Positions 1-10,898 of a stretch of DNA of 64,000 bases are shown here, in pieces. The position numbers and the translations under genes are program-made. Positions within the stretch are counted from its first letter, which is position 1; the number at the start of each line of letters is the position of its first letter. This DNA comes from an uncultured delta proteobacterium (GTDB lineage Bacteria > Myxococcota > Myxococcia > Myxococcales > Myxococcaceae), in assembly GCA_963771175.1 (NCBI GenBank), contig CAVYSY010000038.1, positions 224,001-288,000 on the forward strand, written 5' to 3'. The notes beneath the pieces are model-generated. The model ran no database searches, had not been told where the DNA came from, and saw only the letters and a program-made list of their open reading frames with translations.

Positions 1-2715
1 GGCACCAGCCTGCACAGGGTGGAGTAGTGCGCCTCGTCCTCGGAGGCGGCCCGCAACCAGGCGTCCGTCACCTCGGGGATGAGCTCCGGACTCGCCAGTG
101 CGCAGCACGCTCTGCACGCCCACCACCGTGTGATGGACGCGCTGCATGCGCCCGAGCTGGTGCAGCAGCGGCTCCCGAGCGGGCTCCCTGTGGGCCATGG
201 CCACCCGGCGCATGCCGTCGCCCTCCAGCATCCCCACGACGCAGAAGTCCGCCAGACGCGGCACCACGAGCCGGGCGAGGCTCAGCAGCGTGGCCTCGTA
301 CTCCAACGCGGCCACCAGCACGCGGCTGCTCTCGGAGAGGAACTGCTGGGCCTCCTCGGCGCGTTTGCGATCCGAGATGTCGCGGATGATGGTGGAGAGC
401 ATCTCCAGCGTCCCCTCCGCGTCGCGGTGCGCCAGCAGCACCTGGGAGACGGGCAGCTCGAGCCCCTCCGGGGTGAGCAGCGCCGTCTCTCCCATCCACA
501 CGCCCTCGTGCAGCGCGGTGGGCACGCCCTCGGACAACAGGCGCCGGGCGGCCCAGGTCGGCTGGGCCGAGGCGATGTTCCAGTCCTTCGCGTCCTGGTC
601 CTCGGCGAGCCCCACCATGCGTCGGCCGGCGCGGTTGAGGTAGAGGCCGCGTCCCTGCGCGTCCGTGCTGCCCACGAAGTCCGGGGTGGCCTCGATGATG
701 GAGGTGAGGCGGCGGCGAGCCTCCTCCGCCCGCTTCCGCGCCGTCACCTCGCGCAAGTAGACGGAAACACCCTCGCTGGAGGGACTCACGTGGCACTCGA
801 ACCAGGCCTTCAGGGAGTCGATGTACAGCTCGCACTCGGAGGAGCCGTGGCCGGCCAGCACCCGGCGCACCCCTTGCACCAGCACGGACGACTGGTCGCC
901 CTCGGGCAGCACCTCCTCCAGACGATGGGTCAGGAGCTCTTCCCTGGGGTGCCGCAGCACCTGCACCGCGCGACGGTTGACGAAGGTGAAGCGCTGCTCG
1001 CGGTCCAAGGCGAAGAAGGCATCGGTGATGCTCTGCAGGATGGCCTCGATGCGCGCGTGTGCCGCCTCGACCTCGGAGCGCGCCGCCTCCTCGCGGGCGA
1101 GCCGCAGCGCCGCCTCCTCGGCCCGTTTGCGCTCCGTCACCTCGCGCGACATGCCGACCCAGTGCAACAGCCGTCCCTGCTCGTCCTTCTCGGGCACCAG
1201 GGTGTTCTCCGTCCAGAAGGTGGAGCCGTCCTTGCGATAGATGAGCAGTTCCTCTCGGATGGGCTCCTGCCGCTTCATGGCCTCGCGCATGCGCGCGAGA
1301 GTGGACGGGTCCGTCTCCGGCCCCACCAAAATCAGCGACTCCGACTTCAGCAACTCCTCCTCGCTGTAGCCCGTCATCCGTGAGAAGGCCGCGTTGGAAT
1401 AGACGATGCGCCGGCTGCCGCACCCATTCCGCGGCTCGGGCTCGATGATGACCACGCCGTCGTTGGCGTTCACCACCATGGACTCGAAGAGGCGCAGCCG
1501 CTGCTCGGTGCGTTTGCGCTCGGAGATGTCCCGGAAGTAGACGGAGAGCCCCTCCGCGGAGGGATGGGCATGGAGCTCGAACCAGGCATCCAGCTCGCGG
1601 GCGTACTGCTCGAAGTGGACGGCCCGCTGCTCGGTGAAGGCGGTGCGGAACTCCTGCTCGGCGAGCGAGCCGATGAAGCCCGGGAACACCTCCTGGACGG
1701 TGCGCCCGAGCAGTTCCTCGCGCGAGCCCTGGAGCATCGTCTCGGCCCGGTGGTTGACGTAGGTGAAGCGCCAGGCGCGGTCCAGGGTGGCGAAGCACTC
1801 GGTGATGCTCTCCAGGATGCGGCGCACGCGTCGCTCCGCCTCCTGGGCCTCGGCACGCGCGACCTGCTCGCGGAGGAACTGGCGCTCGTGTTCGAGGGCG
1901 CGCACGCGCTCGGTGATGTCGCGGAAGGTGATGACCGCCCCGATGATGCGCCCCCCCTCCCAGACGGGGCTGCCGCGGTACTCCACCGGAAAGCGGGTGC
2001 CGTCGCGCCGCCAGAACACCTCGTCCGCCCCCGACTGGTGGACCCGACCATCCCGAACGGCGGCGTAGAGCTCACAGCTGGACTCGGGAATGGGCGTGCC
2101 GTCCGGGTACGAGTGGTGGATGCGCTCATGCAGCGCCCGGCCGATGAGCTCCTCGGACTTCCACCCCAGCATGCGCGCCGCGGCCGGGTTGACGAAGGTG
2201 GTGAGGCCCGTGGTGTCCAGGCCGCAGATGCCCTCGTCGGCGGAGGCGAGGATGAGCTCGCCCAGGTGATGCAGCAGCTCGAGCTCACGCTCCCGCTCCT
2301 CCATGAGCCGCAGGTTGCACGCGAAGCCCACGAGCGCACCGCGCGTATCGCGTAGCGCGGTGAGCACCTGCCTGGACCAGAAGCGGGTGCCGTCGAGCCG
2401 CAGGCGCCAGCCCTCCAGCACGCGATGCCCCTCCACCTCGGCCTCGTGCAGGTCCCTCGCCGCCCGCTCGCGCTCCTCGGGCGGGTAGAGGGAGGAGAGC
2501 GGCGCTCCGAGCAGATCGGCCCTCGCATGCCCGGTGAGCAGCTCCGCGCCGGGGCTCCAGAGGGCGATGCGGCCGTCCACGGTCAGCCCGACGAGCGCAC
2601 ACCCCTCGGCTTGCTCCAATATCCGCAGGGCGAGCGTACCGAGAGGGCCCGCCGCCTCGTCCGGGCGTTGCTCACCCCTGGGCTCCTCGGACTCGCCGGG
2701 AGCGCTGTGAAACAT
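1..2715 (-). CDS. Multi-PAS plus GAF sensor protein, probably a histidine kinase; 3' end runs off the window
   Basis: Manual translation from ATG at 2715 (MFHSAPGE...) is in frame at the points checked. It shows about six PAS/PAC repeats (FVNPAAARMLGW, RDISERKR) and a GAF start (VLRTGE..ELIPEV), with a probable frameshift near 88. Not in the ORF track because it has no stop in the window. Confidence 0.8.
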   Translation of the reverse strand, partial: MFHSAPGESEEPRGEQRPDEAAGPLGTLALRILEQAEGCALVGLTVDGRIALWSPGAELLTGHARADLLGAPLSSLYPPEERERAARDLHEAEVEGHRVLEGWRLRLDGTRFWSRQVLTALRDTRGALVGFACNLRLMEERERELELLHHLGELILASADEGICGLDTTGLTTFVNPAAARMLGWKSEELIGRALHERIHHSYPDGTPIPESSCELYAAVRDGRVHQSGADEVFWRRDGTRFPVEYRGSPVWEGGRIIGAVITFRDITERVRALEHERQFLREQVARAEAQEAERRVRRILESITECFATLDRAWRFTYVNHRAETMLQGSREELLGRTVQEVFPGFIGSLAEQEFRTAFTEQRAVHFEQYARELDAWFELHAHPSAEGLSVYFRDISERKRTEQRLRLFESMVVNANDGVVIIEPEPRNGCGSRRIVYSNAAFSRMTGYSEEELLKSESLILVGPETDPSTLARMREAMKRQEPIREELLIYRKDGSTFWTENTLVPEKDEQGRLLHWVGMSREVTERKRAEEAALRLAREEAARSEVEAAHARIEAILQSITDAFFALDREQRFTFVNRRAVQVLRHPREELLTHRLEEVLPEGDQSSVLVQGVRRVLAGHGSSECELYIDSLKAWFECHVSPSSEGVSVYLREVTARKRAEEARRRLTSIIEATPDFVGSTDAQGRGLYLNRAGRRMVGLAEDQDAKDWNIASAQPTWAARRLLSEGVPTALHEGVWMGETALLTPEGLELPVSQVLLAHRDAEGTLEMLSTIIRDISDRKRAEEAQQFLSESSRVLVAALEYEATLLSLARLVVPRLADFCVVGMLEGDGMRRVAMAHREPAREPLLHQLGRMQRVHHTVVGVQSVLRTGESGAHPRGDGRLVAGRLRGRGALLHPVQAGA

Positions 2716-3081
2716 CGAGGGCAAACCGTGGGGCCCTCCTCTCGGGAAACCCGTCTGGTCCCAGCCCGACCCCGGACGCGAGGTTCCAGGGTTTGTATCT
2801 GGATGCCTGGGCGCCCGATGCAAGGGGAGCCCCACCGGCTGGCACCCGCTCGCGCGGGGGGGCGGGGGCCTTGGGAGCGGGCGGTGGCGCGGGCCTGGGC
2901 CTGGGGGCGGCTGGAGCTGGAGCTGCGCCCCGCGACGGAGAAGTTCCAGGAGCGCTTCGGCGTGAGGAGCGCCGACTCATCGGGCGGAGACGGAGCGGAG
3001 AACCAGTCGGCAAGTGCCTCGATGAAGTCGGGGGCCGGAGAATCCACCGGCGGCGAGGAGAGGACCCGCCCAAGCGACGGT

Positions 3082-3894
3082 CTACCAGTCCAGGGCCTCC
3101 GGGGCCCTGCGGAACAGGTCTCGAAGCTCGGGGTGCTGCCGATGCTGCCTCTGCATCTCCTTCCACACCGTGGGATGTGCCGCCCGCTGGATGGACTGGG
3201 TGCGTCGAGCCAGCGCGGACGGAGCAGCCCCCTGTTCGCGCAGCGAGACGTACTCGGAGAGGCGAGCGCGATACCCCGTGAAGGCTTCGGCGCGCGCCAC
3301 CAGGAGAAGCTCGCGAGCATTGAGCCGCAGGATGTCCAGGGTGTACTCGGCCCGTGCGTGGTCCTTCGAGCCCTTCGACGCGATGGGGATGAAGAAGAAG
3401 GTCTCCCGCAGGTCGAGCATCAAGAAGGCCATCGGATCCTCGTGGCGCGGATCGATGAGAGCAGGAGTGCCCTGACGCGGCGGCTCGAGGGGCGCTCCGG
3501 GGCGCCGCCTGACCTCGATGGGCTTGCGCGCTCCGCGAGGGAAGACCGCGAAGCGGTTGTTCTTGGGCCTGTTGCAATGGCCGCAAGCATAGAGGTAGTT
3601 GTGCCAGGCGAAGACCAGCTCCGGGTAGAGGTCCTTGGGCCTGATGTGCTCGACCTCATCGGCCGCCGAGTCCTCGCAATAACCGCAACGCCGGGCACCC
3701 GCGCACATCGCCGCCAGCGTGCGGCGAACGGCTCGAAGAAGGTCTCGTTCCTGGCGGTGTTGCGCTGGAGAAAGTGTTGCTTCGCGGCCTCGACACGTTC
3801 GGCATGGCTCGGCGAGCGCGTTCACCTCCGCCTGCCAGCGCTCGAGCTGATGTGCCGCGCGTGGTGGGCAGCGGGACGTCGGCAGCCGGATCAC
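3082..3894 (-). CDS. HNH endonuclease, PtuB-like
   Basis: CGYCE...EVEHIRPK...WHNYLYACGHCNRPK HNH/zinc motif; lies directly downstream of an AAA ATPase. Confidence 0.85.
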   Translation of the reverse strand: MIRLPTSRCPPRAAHQLERWQAEVNALAEPCRTCRGREATLSPAQHRQERDLLRAVRRTLAAMCAGARRCGYCEDSAADEVEHIRPKDLYPELVFAWHNYLYACGHCNRPKNNRFAVFPRGARKPIEVRRRPGAPLEPPRQGTPALIDPRHEDPMAFLMLDLRETFFFIPIASKGSKDHARAEYTLDILRLNARELLLVARAEAFTGYRARLSEYVSLREQGAAPSALARRTQSIQRAAHPTVWKEMQRQHRQHPELRDLFRRAPEALDW

Positions 3895-3903
3895 TTCAGG
3901 CTC

Positions 3904-5231
3904 TCACGACTCCGAGTCATGGACCGTCATCGCGGCAGTGGGCAGACTCGCGCGCAGAACCTGCAGCTCCTTGCGCTCGGAGGCACTCAAGCCCCTGCGT
4001 AGCTCCTTCAGGTTCAGCTCGGCCAGGCGGCTGCAAGCCGGCGCTTCGACGTGCTCCGAGCGAGCCACGTCCTCGCCAAACAGCTCCGTGCCATAGGCTT
4101 CGAGCACGTTGCCGAAGATGAGCCGGTCGAAGCTCCACACCGGTCACCTGCCGGGCCTCCTCGTCCGAGCCGGGCCGGGGAGCCGCCACACCGTGCCCGA
4201 CTTCCGCCGCCTGACAGACCAGGGGGCTGTGGGTGGTGACGATGAATTGCAGCTTGGGGAAGTGCTCGCGGAACCAGAGGCCCACCTTGCGCTGCCAGGT
4301 CGGGTGCAGGTGCGCATCCACCTCGTCGATGAGGACCACGCCCGGCACGTCCACCTTGGTCGGCTCCTTCGGATGGAAGACGCGCTTCGGACCGTAGGTG
4401 GCCGCGAGCTGGCGGATGAGTTCGAAGGTCATGCTGAGGATGGAGCGATAGCCATCGCTGAGATCCTCCACGGGGACGCGATAGCCATTGCCATCAACGA
4501 AGAGCACCTCGCGAGAGCTGATCTTCTCCAGGCGTGCATGGTGCGGCAGGAACCCAGGCTGGTTGATGAACTCCTTCAGCGAGTCGAGCAGGTCACTCTC
4601 GGGATCTCCCTCGAGCTTCTTGAACTGAAGCTGCTGGAGCCACCGGAGGCTCTCGGTGAGCGCGACGCTCTCGTTGAACACGGAGAGGTGCCGGGCGAGC
4701 CGTCGGGTTGGTCGCGAAGAGCTCTTCGTACTCCGTCGTCGCCACCCGTGAACCGGCGGAAGGGGCCATAAGAAGCCGAGAACCAGCCCGTCGCCTCTGC
4801 TGCCAACACATACGCTGCCCGACGGAAGGATCGAGTCCTGGAGCTGGACTCAGCCCTGAGAATCGCCCCGCTCGGGCTCAATCCTCCCGAAGAGTCCAGG
4901 TACCATCAGAGGCCGCCCCAACTTCACGGGGAAGCGTCCGCGGCTCCCTTGCCTTCAGAGCTTGTCGAGCTTCGCGAATCCGGCACAAGCACCAGATGGA
5001 TCATGGCCTTGCTGCTCGTGCCACGTCGCCACCGAGCCCACTCGCGCGGCAGGGCCTCGGCGCTCATCAGGCCCCACGAAGCGCCAGCGCGAGAGAGCGC
5101 AGGACCGTGGACTTCCCAGAGCCGTTGTCCCCCAGGATGACGTGCCAGCCTGGAGCACGCTCGGCAGGAACCTCCCACTCCAGCTTCCGGATGGCTCGGA
5201 TGTTCTCGATGACGAATCGTGTCAGGTACAT
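3904..5231 (-). CDS. ABC/AAA_21-type ATPase, PtuA-like (frameshifted)
   Basis: Start MYLTRFVIENIR; Walker A GDNGSGKS, signature LSDGYRS, Walker B LIDEVDAHLHPTWQ and TTHSP, spread over several frames. Confidence 0.85.
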
Positions 5232-5289
5232 GGCTCGGGCGCCACCGTAATCCCATCCACGTGCAGGACCAACGACTCCGACCCCGGCC

Positions 5290-5440
5290 TCACTTCCCGC
5301 GCCGCGGCGCGAAGAGCCAGGTACTCACGGCCTCGTCGAGGTACACGGTGTCGAAGATGTCGTGACCCAGGCCGGACGAGCTCGGTGTAGCGCACGGTGC
5401 TGCTGGCCCGCGCGCTTCAACTCCGCCACCAGGGCTCGGG
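5290..5440 (-). pseudogene. C-terminal remnant of an alpha/beta hydrolase (esterase/peptidase)
   Basis: Broken reading LKRAG..VRYTE..GLGHDIFDTVYLDEAVSTWLF resembles the catalytic-His region; no N-terminus found. Confidence 0.45.
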
Positions 5441-5638
5441 GTGCAGCCGGGCCGCCTCCGCCAGGCTCATGGACCCCCTCGCGTTCCGCCGCACAGGTTC
5501 TGTCGCGGAGTCAGACCGAGTCCCCAGGGTACCGCTCTCCCAGAGGAGGCGGGACGCACCCATCGAGTACCAGCCGGCCAAGGGTTGCGTTTCCGTCACC
5601 CGCTGCTTGCATCTGACCGAACAGGTGGGAAACTAGGG

Positions 5639-5787
5639 CTGCGCGCGTCCTCGGGGTTCGACCTTGGAGGGGTTTTGCACCCCGAGGACGCGCGCAGTCA
5701 CCAATCAGCCCGATTCCGCGGCATTTACCTTGGAGGGGTTCCTCCGCAGGAGCCGGGCTGCATGGGTGGAACAGGTGACATCCACCC
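5639..5787. ncRNA. Candidate structured RNA: three tandem hairpins, two with the identical loop motif ACCTTGGAGGGGTT
   Basis: 19-bp perfect inverted repeat 5639-5657/5679-5697; second stem 5706-5760; third stem 5764-5787; motif at 5661-5674 and 5727-5740. Confidence 0.5.
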
Positions 5788-5971
5788 GAAATTCGTGTTC
5801 GCGCGCCTGATAGGAGAAAATCAGGCAAAACGCCAGCCCCGCACGCGCGAAGCCATCAGCGTCGTAGAGGGCTTGCCATCAGTTCGCCTGATTCTGTCTG
5901 GGTAGCGCTATCAGCCTACATCATGGAAGCCTGTGTGCCCACCAGATTGTAGGTGGGCACACCTGGGCACC

Positions 5972-6226
5972 TCAACGCCGGCTCGACATCATCCGGCCCA
6001 GGGCCAGCAGCACGATGGCGCCGACGATGGCGCCGATGAAGCCGCTGGGATTCAACAGGCGCCAGTTCCCGCCCCGGAGCACCGAGGCGAGGAAGCCGCC
6101 CATGAAGGACCCGGCGATGCCGAGCAGCGTGGTCGAGATGAGGCCCATGCCCTGACGGCCGGGCATCACGGCGCGGGCAATCAGCCCCGCTATGAAACCA
6201 GAGATGATCCACATACACAGGCCCAT
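5972..6226 (-). CDS. GlsB/YeaQ/YmgE family stress-response membrane protein
   Basis: WIISGFIAGLIARAVMPG...LGIAGSFMGG...AIVGAIVLL; GGAGGG RBS before ATG 6226. Confidence 0.9.
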   Translation of the reverse strand: MGLCMWIISGFIAGLIARAVMPGRQGMGLISTTLLGIAGSFMGGFLASVLRGGNWRLLNPSGFIGAIVGAIVLLALGRMMSSRR

Positions 6227-6421
6227 CGAGCCCTCCGTGCTACCGCTGCTGGGGTGAGCCCCCAGTGTGCATGAAGTACGTCCCTGGACGAACTCCATTG
6301 CGAGAACGGCTCGGGGGGACGAGCGCTGTGAACGCGTTCACACCTTTGGCGTGAACCGGTTCGTACTCCCAGCCTGGGAGACATGGTCGGCTCGGGTCCA
6401 GAAATTCCCGAGAACGCAGCC

Positions 6422-6781
6422 ATGTCCGAACCCCTCATTGGAGAGATCCGCATGTTCGCCGGCGCCTTCGCCCCCCGCGGGTGGGCGCCCTGCGATGGCC
6501 GGCTCCTGTCCATCTCGCAGAACTCCGCGCTCTTCTCCGTCCTGGGCACCGCCTACGGTGGCGATGGCATGACCACCTTCGCCCTACCGGATCTGCGGGG
6601 CCGCGTGCCGCTCCACCCGGGGGTGGGTCCGGGCCTGACGCTCCGAGGCTCGCCGCACACCGCCTCGGACCTGCCGGCCGCCAGCGACACCACCGATCGC
6701 CGGCCGCTCGATGACCTGCGGCCATACACGCAGGTGAACTTCATCATCGCGCTCGACGGGTCCTTCCCCGCCCGGGGCTAG
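6422..6781 (+). CDS. Phage tail collar domain protein (microcystin-dependent protein-like)
   Basis: MSEPLIGEIRMFAG.FAPRGW..CDG.LL.I.QN.ALFS.LGT.YGGDG.TTFALPDLRGR. Confidence 0.85.
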   Translation: MSEPLIGEIRMFAGAFAPRGWAPCDGRLLSISQNSALFSVLGTAYGGDGMTTFALPDLRGRVPLHPGVGPGLTLRGSPHTASDLPAASDTTDRRPLDDLRPYTQVNFIIALDGSFPARG

Positions 6782-8122
6782 GACTGGCCCGCGGCCACCT
6801 CGCGCAGGCTGGCCTCCACTCCGGCGAGCAGCTCGTCCAGCGCGGCGTCCGGGATGTTGAGCGCGGGGGCCACGTACACCGTGTCCCCCAGCGGGCGCAG
6901 GTACAGCGCCGCGCCGCCGCGCCGCCTCGTACACGCGCCAGCCGCCGTGCGCCAGGTAGCCGCCGCCTCCCAGGTCCACCGCGCCCACCATGCCGAGGGC
7001 CCGCGGCCGCGTCAGCCCCGGGATCGTCCCGGCCATGCCGCTCGAAGGCGGCCTCAGATTCGCGGGCCTTGCGCGCCACCTGTCCCAGCACGTCCTCGTC
7101 CCGGTACACCGCGAGCACCTCGCGCGCCACCGCCGCGCCCAGCGGGTTCCCGCAGTACGAGTGCCCGTAGTACAGCGCCCGCTGCCTCGCCTCCGCGGAA
7201 GCCCGAGAACACCCGCTCGGTGGCCAGCGTCGCGGCGAAGGGCAACATGCCCTCCGGACAGCGCCTTCGCCAGGCACAGCAGGTCCGGCACCACCCCCGC
7301 CAGGTCGCACGCGAAGCGCGCCCCCGTGCGCCCCATGCCCGTGAAGACCTCGTCCGCGATGAGGAAGGTGTCCACCGCCCGCGTGGCCTCGCGCACCGCG
7401 CGCACGAACTCGGGCGGGTACATCTGCATGCCCGCCGCGCCCTGGATGCACGGGCTCGAGGATGACGGCGGCGATCTCGTCCGGGTGCTGCGCGCAGCGT
7501 GGCCTCCACCTGTGCGAAGGCGCGCTCCCAGCCCCCGTCCTCCGCCGGCGAGGGCACGTGCACCACGTCGAAGAGCAGCGGCCCGAAGATGTCGCGGAAC
7601 AGCGCCACCCCGCCCACGCTGGTGGCCCCGATGGTCTCGCCGTGGAAGGCGCCCGAGAGCGTGATGAAGCGCGTGCGCCTGGGGCGGCCGTTCTGCGCCC
7701 AGTACTGCGCGGCCATCTTGATGGCCACCTCCACCGCCGTGCTCCCGTTGTCCGAGTAGAAGACGCGCGAGAGGCGCTCGCCCGGCCGGGAGGTCCGTGC
7801 GCTCGGCGCCCGGTGCCAGCGGGACGAGCTCCTGCGCGAGCCGCGCCGCCGGCTCGTGCGTCACGCCCGCGAGCGAGACGTGCGGGAAGGCGCCGGCCTG
7901 CTCGGTGAGCGCGCGCACCAGCCGCGGGTGCCGGTGCCCCAGCGTGGACACCCACCACGAGCCGTTGGCGTCCAGGTAGCGCGTGCCGTCCGCGTCGTAG
8001 AGGTACGGCCCCTCGGCGCGCACCACCACCAGCGGGTCCGTCTTCGCGATGTACTCGTCCATCGCGGTGTACGGGTGCCACACGTACCGCTTGTCCAACG
8101 CGACGATGTCCGCGCGCTCCAT
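6778..8122 (-). CDS. bioA: Adenosylmethionine-8-amino-7-oxononanoate aminotransferase (frameshifted)
   Basis: VWHPYT, DANGSWWV, EVAIKMA, FHGET, LIADEVFTGMGRTG, CLAKALSGG, GHSYCGNPL; TAG stop at 6778. Confidence 0.9.
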
Positions 8123-8273
8123 GGTCGTTGCTCCTCCCGATGCGCGGCCCTCCCTACCACGCTCTGCCCGAGCCCCAACACTCGTGCGTGGACGAGACTC
8201 TCCGGGCTGGCGTGTCCCGCCTCGGGAACGCTAGAGAGACGGCTCCTCGCGTCGAGACAGCTTCCTCTCTGAC

Positions 8274-8687
8274 ATGGGCAAGAGCTTGAACCGAAAGCAC
8301 CCCTCCCTCCCGCTGGCGCGCACCGCGCTCCTGACGATGCCCCTGGCCCTCTTCGCCTGCTCGGACAAGTCCGAGCAGAAGGAGCCTGCCTCGCCCTCCT
8401 CCGCCACCGCGCAAGGCAGCCCGCCACAGGCCAAAGCCGCGCGGCCCCCGGAGCAGCTCTACTCCGACCTCGGGTGCAAGACCTGCCATGGGCCGGGCAG
8501 CGCCTACGCCGCCTCGCTCGCCAACGCTCGCGGCAAATCGGCGGAAGTGGTCGCCATGTGGATCCTCGCTCCCCAGAAGATCCGTCCCGGGACGATGATG
8601 CCTGCCTACGCCGGCCGCATCTCCACGGCGGAAGCGCTCGCGCTCGCCAACTGGCTCAAGGCGGGCAACCCGGCTCCCTCCGAGTAG
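8274..8687 (+). CDS. Cytochrome c lipoprotein
   Basis: Lipobox LFAC, heme motif CKTCH, distal PGTMMP. Confidence 0.85.
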   Translation: MGKSLNRKHPSLPLARTALLTMPLALFACSDKSEQKEPASPSSATAQGSPPQAKAARPPEQLYSDLGCKTCHGPGSAYAASLANARGKSAEVVAMWILAPQKIRPGTMMPAYAGRISTAEALALANWLKAGNPAPSE

Positions 8688-8712
8688 GGCTTGGGCGGCT
8701 TCGTGCGGGGCC

Positions 8713-8958
8713 GTGCTCATGCGGAGCCTCTTCCTGCACCGCTACGCCGCGCACCGCATGTACACCATGGGTCCGCGCACCGAGCGCGCCCTGCACCTGC
8801 TCACCTACCTGCTCCAGGGCTCCTCGTACCTGTCGCCGCGCGCGTACGCCATCCTCCACCGCCAGCACCACGCATACTCGGACACGGAGAAGGATCCGCA
8901 CTCGCCCCACTACTACCGGGACGAGCCCACCCACGTGGTGGAGGCCCAGACGGCCTAG
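8713..8958 (+). pseudogene. Acyl-CoA/fatty acid desaturase fragment
   Basis: His boxes HRYAAH and HRQHH, plus DTEKDPHSP; both ends missing. Confidence 0.7.
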
Positions 8959-9051
8959 CAACACCGGGGTGGGCGGCGGGATGATGAATAAGGAGGCGCC
9001 CCCTTCCGTCCGGGGGAGCCGCCTCCCGTTCTCTCCAGCGACCTCCCGCCC

Positions 9052-10659
9052 ATGCGTTTCCAGCTCCCGGTTTCTCGACTCTCCCCGCTGCTCGCACTCC
9101 TGGCGTTGAGCGGCTGCAACACCGCGTACCGGGAGGCCATGGCCCTCGCGCGAGACGCGGCGATCCGCGGTGACTTCCTGACCGCGGCCCGCGCCTATCG
9201 GGATGCCTGCACCGCCAAGCCCGAGGACGAGCTGGCCTGCACCCGCGTCCCCCTCTTCGCGGAGAAGGCCACGGCCCAGGCCATCGAGAGCGCCGCCCTT
9301 CCTGCGAGGCGGGTGACCTCGACCGGTGCATTCCTCCCCTCCTCGATGCCTGGGACCTCATCCCCAACCACCCCGAGCTCTCCGCGATGCTCGAGAAGGC
9401 CAGCCAGCTCCACATGGAGCGCTGCGCCCGATGGAGCCTGGACGGCCCGCTGAACGTGGCGGTCACCGGGCTCACGTGTCTCCAGTCGCGCGGCCGTCAG
9501 TTCCCCGTCCCGAGCTACCAGACACGCCTCGCCGAGAGCGCGAGCCGGGTCGCCTCGCGCTTCGTGGACCTCGCCCTCATCGCCCAGGGACAGAACCACG
9601 CGGGCGCCGCTACCGTGATGTGGTCCACGGCGCAGTGCCTCGCGCCCGGTGAGAACCTGGCCCCGCGCGTCGAGCGGACCCGCCAAGAGCTTCCTCGCCC
9701 AGAGCGCCATCCGCTGTCTCCATCCCGGGCCCGACGGCTCGATGTCGCCCCCGGTCGCTTCCGCGCTCTCGGGCGTGTGCGCGTACCTGGCCTCGGGACT
9801 GCCGCCCTGGGCGCGGTGCGCGAGTCCCGAATCGCTGCCCGGCGAGCCCGAGCCGCTCCAGCTCCAGGTGGACGCGGTCATCCAGATGCCCGCGAAGACC
9901 CGCACCGAGCACAAGAAAACCGTGCGCTATGTCAGCGGCAGGGAGGAGGCCGCGGAATCCCGACTACGACACCGCCGAGGAGAACTTCTCGCTCGCCGAG
10001 AGCGAGCTGCGGAGTGCCCGGGAGAAGGAGAAGGAGAAGGACGCCGAGTGCGAGAAAGGCCCAGGAAAAGCACGAGGCCACCTGCGTCACCTGCCCCACG
10101 CCCAAGTCCCCGTGCGAGGAGGCCCGGGAGGCCGCCACGGACGAGAGCGATGCCCGGAACGCGCGCGATCTGGCGAGCAAGACGCTGAACAACACCCCCG
10201 CCACGGTGCTCGTGGACGTCTACGACGACTTCACGTAGTCGGTGTGGACGCACCGTTGGACGTCGGGCTTCCGCTTCACGCTCCAGGCGAGCACGCCCTC
10301 CTCCACTCCCGACCAGAAGGTGGGCGGAGATGCGCTTCGAGGACGGGGAGCACGTGGGCTTCGGGCCCGCGGGGCTCGTGGCGGATCCACTGGTGGTGCC
10401 TCCTCCGCAGGCGTACGCGGACATCCTCCTCCAGCAACTCGCGCCCCATGTGTTCGCGGCGGTGAAGCGGGACGCCGAGGCCCGAGGGGCCGTGCGCGGA
10501 GCCCAGTGCGGCGCGCTCCCAGCGGACGGGAACGTCTCCTGGGTGCAGTGCTGGGCCGAGGCCGCGCTCTGGAAGAACGGGCAGGAGCCCCAGCCCACCG
10601 AGCTCCTCCAACTCCTCGCCACCAGCGTCGACGCGCCCGCACAACCCCTGTGCCGCTGA
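9052..10659 (+). CDS. Hypothetical Cys-rich lipoprotein (frameshifted)
   Basis: Lipobox LSGC; protein-like segments continue through ORFs starting 9052, 9387, 9649, 9929 and 10330. Confidence 0.6.
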
Positions 10660-10898
10660 GCCAGGGTGCGCGGCCCCATGAAGTCCCTGCTCATTGGCGG
10701 ATCGACGGTCGTTCCGACCCTCCTCGCTGTGCTTCCTACTGTTCCGCTCGGGGCTGCGCGCTCCCTTGGTGGCACCTCCCATATCGGGAGAAAATTCCCC
10801 AAACGTTCCGGGGGCTTGAGACGCGTCTCCGGCCCGGCCGAAGGGAGAGGAGGGGTACGCACGGCGAGCGTCCCGGGACCGCGTTAAGAAGGTCTCCC

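Noticed and set aside
5612..5640. Resemblance of CGAACAGGTGGGAAAC to a ZTP riboswitch
   Set aside because: The pairing CCAC strand and 3' CGCCTGGGC element are missing, and no purine/folate gene follows
3082..5790. Retron
   Set aside because: No reverse transcriptase motifs and no a1/a2 repeat arrangement seen
6422..6781. Prophage suggested by tail collar gene
   Set aside because: No other phage genes; such proteins commonly stand alone
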